A DNA stretch of 64,000 nt. Source: Oculina patagonica (Eukaryota). Positions within the stretch are counted from its first letter, which is position 1, and every line of letters starts with the position of its first letter. This document shows positions 10,501 to 22,500 of the stretch, in pieces. A program made the position numbers and the translations under genes. The DNA lies in NCBI RefSeq assembly GCF_052425735.1, contig NC_135769.1:15562001-15626000 (forward strand), read 5' to 3'. The notes beneath the pieces are model-generated. The model had not been told where the DNA came from and did not search any database. It was given only the letters and a program-made list of their open reading frames with translations.

Positions 10501-13500
10501 AGTATGTGGTATACCAATTCAAGTGCTCTCTTTCATTCATTCATGTATACCATTTGTAATGTTGTACCTCTGCACTATATGCGCTGCACTGCACTTAATC
10601 AGTGTTGTTTGTAGTCAATAATAATCATAATTTCATCCAAGTCGTCATTTCTCTAACCGCCTTTTGTTTTCTTTGTTAACAGATTGCAAAAACCACATCC
10701 TTTACGCAGCCCAGTAAATCAGTCCTCAGTGGTAAGGGCAATGACCATATCCTCCATCTCAGAAAATGCATGCAAGACTTTAGCCACAAAAGATTCCAGG
10801 AATTTTTCCAAAGCTCCTCTAAAGTTAAAGTTTCCTTTGTCTCCTAGAGGTAAGTCAGAAATTGTCACGCACTTTATGTTGTACATTTACCTTCTCTTCT
10901 TGCAATAGCCATGCAAACCTTGTTTTGCAAATTGAGATACGGTAGAAAAATGATGTTTGAGAGGTCATTGGTTCAATTCCCGTTGGGGATCAGACTTCTT
11001 GGTCTTTGTTCCAGGCTCATGACATGATGAACATTGCACCTATTTCGTTTCTTTACTGAGCTTAAACTTTACCATCTTTAATATATTTATTTATTATTTT
11101 TCACCATACAGTATGCTACTGACATGATATTTGCTGATCCCAGCTGTAGTTTGCAGGAGTCATGTCACATATGAACGTAGTGGATAGAGTGCCCACCAGT
11201 GTTTAGGAGGTCATTTTTTACTTGTCCCACATTTGTGATGTGATGAACATAAATTTTGCACCTTTCTCAACAATTTTTTTTGTTAAGATTGCCAAAAATT
11301 ATAAACTGCTTTCTGAAGACTTCCAAAAACTGTCTCACTAGTAAACAGCTGAAGGTTACTCAACTGTTTCTAATCATTTTCTCCACATTTCCAAAGATTG
11401 CTTAAGACATATATTAGCATGTGTGTTTGTGTTTTTTTCTTAGCGGCAGCTTGGAACCTGGAAGAGGATGAAGAGAGTGGAGTAGCTCCAAGTGGAAGTA
11501 CTGATGGAGCTCCTTTTGGCTACACAACAGGAGGGTTGTATTATTCTACTGATGTACATCTTCAAACATTACACACATTGCAGGTCAGGGTTATTTAACT
11601 TATAGGCCTTAGTAGTAATGACGTAAAGTATATAATAAAAATAATTCATTTATATGAATTTAATCATATACTTTACCTCATTCTATTCCTTTCACAGGAA
11701 AAACTCACACTTGACCTCACCCCCAATGTGTGGCTTCAATAGCTCAGTTGGTAGAGCATTGCACCGGTATCGCAGAGGTCACGGGTTCGAATCCCATTGA
11801 AGCCAAAAAAATTTCTGGTTTCTTTATTTGCAATTTCTTTAATTGCAATTGATTGCTCTTATTGACTTTTCGATACTTTCTGAAATGTGTCATACTACAG
11901 AGGGAGAAGTTCTGTCTAGCCATGTGTTGAATTTTATAATTATGTTACCTCAGTCCAACTCATTCCACACACAAAAACAAGTAACAAAGAAAAAATCAAG
12001 AAATTGCACTGTAAACGGGAACAAGGTTGTTTGCAGTGTTGCTAATTTTTATGTGGTGTTGCGGTGAATAAAATCCCATCTTGCATTGTTGCTGTGATCT
12101 CAAACCCTAATGTGCACAATCTTTGGTTTTCAAACCTACGGTGTTCAGTAAAACAAAGTTATTAGTGGTGTAACGGAACAAAATTTAGCTCTACTAATTT
12201 GTTAAAAGCACATACCATGTGTTTAATGTGTACAGTAAAATATTGTCTAGTTAACATTTATACCTTTAGCTGCCATTAATATTGTCTACCAATCCCCATA
12301 TGTTTTCATTGATGAGTAACTTGAGTATATTGTGGTGATGGTGTTTTGTCAAATTTTCTTGCAGTGGTGTAGTGTTGGTGTATTTTTTGCAGTGTTCAGG
12401 GTCCCCCCCCCCCGTGTCCCCCTCACTGTATGTTGCAGAGACATTCTTGTCCTGTTGCAGCTGGATGTGAATCATGCAATTCACAGGCATTTGTGTGACT
12501 TGCATGACTGCTGTCTTCTAAATTTATCGTCTTTTTTTTGGACAGGGCACTGAAGAAGAAGTTGTCACTCCAGCAGAGCTGGAGAAAAAGCAAAGGTGAG
12601 TTTTAATATAAGATTATCTTATCAGAAAAAAGCCCAAACTAAATTATGTCCCACTCTCGTCTCTGTAACTCTGTTTTGGGCCGTTTTGTTTTGCAGTGGC
12701 ATAAAGCAAACAAGAATTAGCAGACTAGCACGGCGACTTAGCCAGAGAAGGGAGAAAGGAAACCTAAGGTAAGCCAGGTTTAAAAGAAGAAATCACTAAA
12801 TAAATACAGTTGAAGTTCCTAGTAGAACCACCTCTCATAAGCCAACACTTTTCCAAATACCAATGAAAATTTTCCCAGGTAAGTCATTATGGTTAAAATC
12901 TGTTGTAAGTGACCACCTCTCGTAGCTACAGTAACAGGATGCCTCACAATCTTTATATGATCATGGTTAAGGTGGCTTAATTATTTGTTCTCACATTAGA
13001 GCATTTTATTTTTCATGTATCAAATTTTCGCAAGTGACCATTGGTTCATTGTGATCATCATCCTGTTTGCATTGTGACCTGGATATTGCAATTGTGTTGT
13101 TTCCTTTAGGAACCAAGGAAGATCGCACAGTTTAGAAGAACTTGCATCACCTTTAGGATCAGCAACAATACAGGGAAACAACAAATCACCAAGGTTACAG
13201 CGTACCATGTCAGTTAATCAACGTTCCTCTCCACGTATGCGGCTTTCTGTCCAGGAAAATAGATTCAGTTTCAATAACAGAGGTGAATACTAAATAATTA
13301 GTTAATAAACATGGCTGTGCTTTGACAGATCACCTGGTCACTTAAATTTTGTCTTTGGGACATGATAAACCTTTTTTCTTCTCAAAACATAAGCCTGATA
13401 ACCTTGGATTTCATAGCTGAGAGTCATTCCTTCCTTCCTATTCCAGCACGTACTTACACCTTTCTTTTGATAACTTGCTGAGTGTGCTCTGAATTCTCCT

Positions 13501-16500
13501 GGGGGAGGGACTGCCCGTTGGAAATTTTGAAAAGAACCCCTAAAAGAGACTAATCTGGGTGTGGCTAAAGGTTTTTTGACCTCTAAAAGATAACAAAATG
13601 CTAAAAAAATTAATAGTTAAATACATTTCTTTGTGTGCAACCCTAAACAAGACCTTGGTGGTTAAAAATATTGGCGTTCTGCCCGGAACTCCCTAAGTGA
13701 GACCAAAAATCGGAAATTAAGACCTCTAAGCGAGATGATGAGAATCACATCCCCTTTCATATAAGAGTCCCTCCCCCCCCCCCCCCTGAAGAATTCTGTT
13801 TTGGGAGAGTACATACATGCCACATCGACCACATGACTGGTACATATGGGCTGGGAATAGCTGTACATACAACATACAAACTGTAGTCATGTGAGCTTCT
13901 GAAGATCTAAACACCTAAGTTGATAGTTAGAGGTCTTTGACCTTGCCTAGTAATACATTATAACTTTTTTAATAATAATACCAATATTGTTGCAAAGAAA
14001 CTTACGCAATACACATACCGGTAGAACTTTACGTGATGATCAAAGCCCCTTAGAAAGGAATAAATGTCATAAATCAAATAAAAGAAATCTGCTATAACGG
14101 TTATTTAATAATAAATAATTCTCTAAATTATATTATTTCTAATCAGATCTTAAAGAAAAATCAAAGAAAAGGAGAGACACCAGATTAGATGGTTTGTTAA
14201 TTTCCTGCATTTTCTAAAGAACCTGTCAGAGAATTTTTTTTAGATTTGTTCACCAATGTATTAATTTCTTTAGAGGATAACTTAGAAATTGTTTCTCTGA
14301 GTTTCAATCTCTTCCAACCTGGTAGTGTTATACAGTAATAGCTAGCATGGAGGATTTGTGGTCTGTTCAATGCCAAGCAAACAGTGTCTTTCCACCCAGG
14401 TCTTGACTGTTCAGAGCTTGCAGATTGCTTTCCACAAAGCACTATCCAGTGGATAGCAGAGTTTGTTTTGCTAGACAGGGCGGGGGTGCTAGACAGCTAT
14501 TTAGTGTTATCTACCCTTTGAATAGCTGGGACCAGGTGTTTAAATGGGCACAGACTATTTATTGAGTATGAAAGTGTTCCTTGTGAGGGGTGGGTGGGGT
14601 ACCAGTACCATCAGGTTTCTGTGATAACTAGGATTAACACAGACGTTGTTAGCATTCAGGATCCATTGTGCTCTGTTACCACCATTTTCCTCAAGTCCAT
14701 ATTCTCCCTTCACAGCTCTTGTTGATGCAATTGTTCGTAAAGAAACTGATGAAATTAGGAACATTTTGGAATCAGAGGATGTAGACATCAATGGGTAAAC
14801 ATGCTATATCTTTCATGTAAAATAATAATGTAGAAAAAAAAGTCCCATCTGGTTGTCCAGGACAAGTAGATTTACCTCATACTTACAAGCCCCACCCTGA
14901 TGGGCAAGGACCCAGACAAGTCATCTGCTGACTAAATCATAATGCTCCATACATGTACATGATGTCAGTGAGGGTGCCCAGGGCTTACTTTTCCAATAAT
15001 ATTATCAGTTTGATGACAGGAAAAGAGGATGGGGTTGGGGTTACCTGAGTGCCATGATATTTGTACATCTTTATTCAAATAGTTGCTGATAAAATTAATG
15101 TACTATTGTAAAAAATGCTTAGTTGGGAACTAAAAAGTTACAAACCAAACCTCTTTAATTTGATAGCTGTTGGCAGTTCTAACATTATATGTATTAAATG
15201 CACAAAAAGATATATTTTGGTGATTTTGTTTGTTTACATTGTACAGGATCAACGAGGATGGATTTGCACCTCTGGATGTGGCCGTCATGCTTGGAGCCCT
15301 TCCCATTGTCAAAATGCTTTTGTTGTATGGTGCTCAAGAAAGTTCAAAATGTAAGTGCACTGTACTGGTAGTGGAGGTCTTGAGATAAAAACATTTGAGC
15401 ACAGCAAGTCATGTGGTATTTATGGTGTTTAGTGACAGATTTACATTGATAATAACTCAGTTCAAAGATTTGAACAGGTTGTGTTATCTTTCAGTACCAA
15501 GTACATATCTTGCTAAACACATAAACATGCTGTTGAAGGAAGCAGAGCTGAGAGTGGACGATCTCACCACAGCAGTGGTGCATGTCAGTTATACCGCATC
15601 ATCTGAAATAAAGGTACAGCACAATGTCGCTATGGAGATGTGGTTAGCACCCTGGGTTAAGTGGTCCAGCATTTAGCACTGGTCGGAGTCACTGCATTGT
15701 GTTCTTGGTCAAGGCACTTAGACTCTCTCATAGTGCATAGTGCCTCTCTCCACCCAGCTGCAGGGGGTAACCCTGTGATAGACTAGCATCCAGGGAGAAG
15801 TGGAAATACTTCTGGTCAGGCTAAGCTCTTGCCTGATGGGCCACTAGGCCCAAATGAAGGTCTTACCTTTCACAATGTTACTATGTTAACAGTATATTAG
15901 ATGCAGACTGTATGAGATCTCCTTTTTTCCTGTTTTTTTTTTTTGTTTTTTTTTTGTTTTTTTCTTCTGGGAGAGATCAAGAAGTAACTGTCAACAATGT
16001 AGAATATGACATTAATCATTCTTGTCTCCTTCAGGAAAATGAAAGGCTCTTTCAAGAATGGCTGTTGAGAAAACACTTGCTTGAGCAAATGAAGAAGGGA
16101 CTTTCAAAAATAGGTAACAGTAGATTATTAAGCAGGCATCTTTTCTTTCATATGTCAGATTCTCAACAAATGGTTGAGTGTTTAAGGTGGCTAAACACAG
16201 TTTCTGCACGCTCTCTGGATTCTAGTGGCTAGTATGTGCTCAAGTCTTTGAGACAAAAAATGAGGCATGCACAGTTGATCAAAAAGCTGTGATTGCACAT
16301 TTTATTGATATGTTAGAAAATGTTAGAAATGCACGATTTCTAACAAACCAGTCATTAGAATTTTAAGAAATTTTGCAAGGTTATACTTTAGAAAGCAAGA
16401 AAACTGTTGATAACAAAAAATCTGAAATTTAACAAAGGAATTTCTAAACATTCTAGAACATTATGATAAAACATAAAGCTGCAAAAAATAAAACTTTCGT

Positions 16501-19500
16501 CTGTGAAAACTTTTAAACTTCAGTGTTAAAATCTCAGAATTTTTCCAAGCTTGTTGTATACAATCAATGACTGAATGTTCTGAAATCCAGCAGAACTCAA
16601 CTTTATTTGTTGATTTGATTTGACATGCAAAAATTAAAAATGCAGTAGCTGATCAACTGAGCTTATCAACTGCAACGTTTTGGGTGTGAGAGCAATATAT
16701 AGGATAAGTACTCCCAAGATCAGAAAATTGTGTCTAGCCACCTTAATGTTCCAATTAACTGTTGTTGAGTGACCTATGTCTGATTCACAGCAGAGCCAAT
16801 GTCCCTGTGGCTGGACTATTTTTCTTGTCAGGTTATGTTCACAAATTACATTATTGCCAGGATTAAGTGAAGAAGGAGACAGTGTTGCGAACTAAATTAA
16901 ATGATTTTTGTTTCTTTGTTCAGATCCACCTGACAAGCCAAGCAGTGTGACAATATCAGTCGCTTCTGAAGACTCTCTACTTGTGCGTTTTATGGAACCA
17001 CTATCTGAAAAAGTTACTGTATCAAAGTACAAAAGTGAGTATACAATTTGATTTAGATACTTTCTTAAAAAACATGCAGTTATCATGATCGTCTCTTTGG
17101 CCAGTTGCTTTCTTACATGTCAAGATGACGAGAAATAAATTGACCTTGTTCATTTTGTGTGTTTATGGACTTCAATTTTGTCTCTGCCCTAAAGGTATTG
17201 AAATATATAACATTCCTGATTGTGTCCTGTTATGTATATATGTTACATAAATATTTGATAGCTCATTCCATACTAAATGTTATTTTTATCATTCATTTTT
17301 TGGCTGTTCTTTGTTTTAGTTCAATGGAGCAAAACCCTGGACTTCAAGTTATTGGAAGGGGAATATGTTCTTCATGATTTAAGGTCGCTAGAGTACACAA
17401 TATGTAATTTACAAAAGGTAAACATCATCTTGTTGTGTTTCTTAGCAGTACCATCACACAAAACATTAGACCTTGTTGTGCATGTTACATAGCTGAGGTT
17501 TCTTTGGCAAGAAAAGCTTGAGTTTGCCCAGTCTATCTATATTTAAACAGAACAAATGTCTGAAAATAAACAGATGCCCTGAGCGGGATTCGAACCCTCG
17601 AAGCCCTGATCTCATGGAAGGTGCCCCTAACCACTGAGCTACCCGAGGCAACCACAGTGGAGTGAGTTGTATATTTGCTACAAAGGAAACATTGATTACC
17701 AGACATTTTGTTCCTAGGCCTCTCGGACTGGGAATAACTTTTGTTGGTTGTCAAGACACATGCTCATTGGACCAGATTATAAACAATTATTATTATTATT
17801 ATTATTATTATAATTATTATTTGTTTCTCTGTATATGCCTTTTAAGTAAAGTTTTTGTTTTCTAGTCTGTGTTATACTATGTACGAGTTTGCTGTGGAAA
17901 TCTCAAAGGTTTTGGTCCATGGTTAGAATCCAGTCCCCCATGTGCAATGCCATCAAGTACGTTGCCGTGCAAATTGTCAGTATTTTATCAGATGAATTTT
18001 CTTTAGTTATCTGTTAATCTTGGGTCATGTTAATTTGTGGAATAACAAGCATGATAGTTCTGTAATATGTTAATCAACAATTGTAGTTTCCTCTTGTAAT
18101 GTGTTGTTCCAGAAAATATCCACAGCAATCCCATGGAAGGCTTTTTAGTTTGAATCCCCCCACCCCTCTGGAAATTTTATGAAGCCCACCCTCCACCCCC
18201 TCAGAATTTTTAATGACCTTCTACCTGGGGTGGGTATGGATATTTTCTGAAACTGCACAATAATGCAATATTGCAACAACAATCACAAGACAGACAAAGT
18301 AGAAACAAACAATGACATGTTCTTCACTGTGAGCCAACCAATTAAAGCAACTGGGGAAAAGCAGCCTGAAAAAAATTCAGGACAATTTAGAATAGCGAAA
18401 GTCATCTCTACTGGGGGTCCATTTTAAAAAATAAAAGACTGAAATGTATTGAAAAAGATTTGTCCACAAGTAAAAAATCTTACCAACCTTCATTTAGGCT
18501 CACCAATTATATGTCAGCATTTTAGTGATATAAATATCTTTGGAGGATCTCTTAACATAACTTGATGTACAAGTCAAATACACTGTTGTAATTTTACTCA
18601 AGATTTCATTTCTAATTCTGCAGCATGGCATGAGGTGGACGACTCAAAACCTCGTTTCCAAGGGCGATTAAATGTCATAGATGACTTGTTTGGTCGGGTG
18701 TGGCAAAGCCATGAGGAGTTCTCACCAGTTAGACCAGTATTAACTCATAGACCACGAAGTAACACCTTTGGCAATGAGACAGGTGAGAAAGGCACCTTTG
18801 AAATGTGGCAGGATATTTATTTGTGATAACCCAAACCTCCAAGCTCAATTTTATCCTTTTGTAAAATAGTTGCCACTAGAAAAATTTTGGTCACCAAAAG
18901 CAAAGCGTTTTAAAAGCAGGACACCTCATGTCACTTTACATAAGGTAATACTGCTGTCCGTGATGAACCAAATTGAAATCATTTGAAGAACCTTCCAATT
19001 TTTTGATCTGTTTTTAATTATCCTGTAGAGTAGAAAGTACATGATTGATGAAACAGGTACGAAAGATAAACATGCAGAACAAGCTTATTCTCCTAAAGTT
19101 TGCTAATAACACAATTGTAAATGTTGTTTTCGGATTAATGGTGGCTCCATGATCAAAGACATCATAAAGCACAACAGAAAGCTCAGTCTAAGCCAGATAA
19201 GAAAGATGTGCAATAAAGTTATAATGATATATCAACGCTATCAAAACATTCTATGCCATTCAAACTTTAAAGTCAAAATAAATCATCTGAACATCAGCTT
19301 TGACACGCCAGTTTACACCAAAGATTATGATTGTATGCCAGTGTGCCACTGAATTTTAAACATACATGATCGTCAGTGTAACCAGCATAAAATGCAGCCT
19401 GGCATGTAAGTCTTCTGAAAAAAATACATTAATCAAATTGTTTTGCCAATGCTCTAAGCTGCGGTGACAATCAATGACGGCAAACCAAAAGTAAACAACT

Positions 19501-22500
19501 TTAGTGATTAGTTTCCAATGCTCTTTGGCTCAATTGGAGTTATTGCAAAGCGTAACAAATCCCATCCACTGGCCTATAGCATTAGGCGTATGACTGACGT
19601 CGTCGCCTAAAAATGTTCCAGGCCTGTTCTTTCTTAGAAGTTCTGCATACATTTTACAATTTCTGTAACAGGAACTGAGAGTGGTGCATCCCCAAGAACA
19701 AGTCGGAAAGCAGCAATGAAGAAAAGTCTCACCAAGTACACTAATCTGCTGTTCCATTCGACCCCAAAATTTGCCAGGCACCTAAAAAGGTATATATTGT
19801 ATGCTTGATGCTCTTTTTAGTTTTGTATTATGCCTTCCTTGCAAAGCTGGAGGATTTTTATGCACCTACCGTCCTTGAGTTTTGTTCATGGGACAATAAA
19901 CAGCAGGGATGGATCCAGGATGGACCAGTTGTGGATACCAGTTGTACTAGAAAGCCGCAGGCCATCTCAGAGAGGGGGGGTGGCACAACCCCCTGCACCC
20001 CTTCCCCTTGATCTGCCCCTGTACCGTGTATTCTCACAATGTCTCTCTCCACCCATGTGTATGTAGATACAAAAGATCACCAAAAGATCACCAGCAAAAT
20101 GCTATGAATAATTTGTGATAGATTAGCATCCCATCCCTGGAGTTTCTATTTGTTTCATTTGACTAAGACTGGAGTTAAACAACACCATATGTTAACCACT
20201 AGAAAACAAACATCTTTTCTACTTTTCCTAGAACTTTGTAATAATGGTGATTGCCCTAAAATTTGTGACGGCATGGTGTTGTCTCGATTAATTTAACATT
20301 TTGACAATTATTTTTCTCAGAGGTGTATACCTAGCTTGTCTGTTATTCACTGATGATGACAAGCTACTTGTAACCTTGGATGAAAATATCCCCATCATCG
20401 AAGTGGATGATAACCACCCAAGTACCTTCCTTCAAGACTTCTGTTGGTTAATGAAGGTATACATGTGCTCTTGTTTCTCCTTCTTCTTAAGGCCACCAAG
20501 GTTCCAGTTTGATGAGTTTTATACTTAATGCCAAAATGGAAAAGAAACAGATAAGCCAGAAAGTACTGCTTGTTAGATATGGGGTCACACTCTGAGAGTT
20601 CACCCAAAAAAATAAGATAGGTTGAGTGGAAAGGGCGAAAATATACTCCAAAAGATGTTCTACAAGGCTGCAAATTATTATTTTATGCTGAAAATACATA
20701 TGTCAACTAAGTCACCATTTTGGTTGGATGAAACGAAAATGTGGTCGCCATCGAACATTATTTTATATTTAAAACTGTCACAACATTCAAGAGAAGCACC
20801 GACTGTTATTTGCAGTCCTTTTCTATAACTTTTGGTCTTTGGGTAACAGTGTGAACTATCCTTATAGGTATCTGAAAAGAGAGGTTCAACTACCAACCTC
20901 CATTGATTTGTAAATGGAATATCATTATCTTGATTACATTTACCATTTTAGGTTGCATGCACTTGGAAAGATGTAAAGAAGTTAAAGCTAGAAGTTGAGA
21001 AAAAGTCATCATCAACATCGGTCCTCTTTAGATGTAAATTGCTCCAAGCTGCTGATTCTCTGCAGGTAGGGCTCTTAAATCACTCCTGAGTGCAGGGGTT
21101 TAAAAATGTTTGGAGTAGGCATCAGCCAATGGAAGAGTAGGCGGCTGTGACACCTCTGAGTTGTTTGGTGCAAGCTGATTGCTTTAACCAGAATAACTGG
21201 CAACACATAATTGAGTTGCCGGTGGAACTCCAGCAGTCACCGGCTTGTTTTGAAAACCCTGTAAGTGCACTGGATTAAGGCCTACACTGCTAATCTTTTT
21301 CTCCTATTAAATAATGTTGGACCTATAGCAAACAAAGCAAACTGATCAAAACAAAGATTATGAAAACAAACGTTCATCATAAACCTATTTTCATCCCCTC
21401 TGAGATAGAATACAAGAGATAAAAGTGCAGTGATGACATACTACAGAGATACATCATTGCATTTTATTGGCTGAGAAACAATCCATCAGATACATTGCAT
21501 GCTTCACTGTTACCTACAGAGTGCTGGGTCACCAGTCTGACTTTGTCTCTTGTGGAGGTTACCGATGCCGATGTGGATCTAAGAGATGTTGATAAGGTTG
21601 ACATGCTTCAGACCATGACACACAATATTCAAAAATTTAATTCATTTCACCATTGCAAATTAATCCTGCCTCATTTGTTCTAGGGTGTTCTTGGCAAGCA
21701 AGACCTTGGAAGACTTCATTATAAACCTGTTAAGGACAGGAATGGAAGCACTGTGATTGTTGCTGTAAATTATGTTATTGTAAGTATTTTAAGAAAAACG
21801 ACAATTTTTTTAAGTTTCAAAGACATGTTTCGACAGAGCATCTGTCATCTTCAGTTGAAAGGTTTACAAAGCACAGTGAGTTGAATAATAAGTAGAAAAA
21901 ATGCTAATTAAGACAAGTAGTAACAACGGAACGTGAAAATGTGTGAATTAGAAGGATAATTTTAGATTTACATGGTGTAATTGCTGATTGAGGCAAGGTA
22001 GTTCCTTTTGAATATGGATAGCCTCCTTTATCTTAAGTTGAAAGCTGGTAGAGGCGTGATCTAAAATATGAAAGCAATCTGTTGAACACAAGGAGCGACA
22101 GCGTTCAGAATTCTGAAGGTGTTTGAAAATGTGGGAGGCCTTATCACTGGCTAAGTGCTCACGCACGCGTGTGGCAAAATGTCGGGTGGTTTCGCCGACA
22201 TAACAGGCATTACAGCCCGCACATGCAAACTTGTAAACCACACACGAACGGAGACCGCCAGGGATAGGGTCTTTCACTCCAAAAAGATTACCGATCTTAA
22301 AAGAAGAAAAAACTAGTTTGATATCTAAATCATTACAATAGCGCTTAATTAAGTGTCTAATCTTTTTCTGAGTGACGACAGAAAAATAGCCTACGTACGG
22401 CAGCTTAAAGTAAAATGTGGGCAAAGTAGTAGGGAGGGAGCCCCGGGGACAATGGTTGCTATGGATACCAGTGATGTAACGGTTAACTACCTTTTCAATT

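Noticed and set aside
11732-11804. Possible tRNA-Thr(GGT) gene
   Set aside because: Mismatched anticodon stem, an extra base after the acceptor stem, an anticodon atypical for eukaryotes and a repeat-like flank; treated as a SINE-type repeat.
12810-12880. Extra small exon ending at CCCAG|GTAAGT (12878) that might repair the exon 6-7 frame
   Set aside because: The candidate acceptors give stop codons in the required frame, and the segment looks like a decayed MITE.
17575-17649. Possible tRNA-Ser(TGA) gene
   Set aside because: Acceptor and anticodon stems do not pair and there is no long variable arm.
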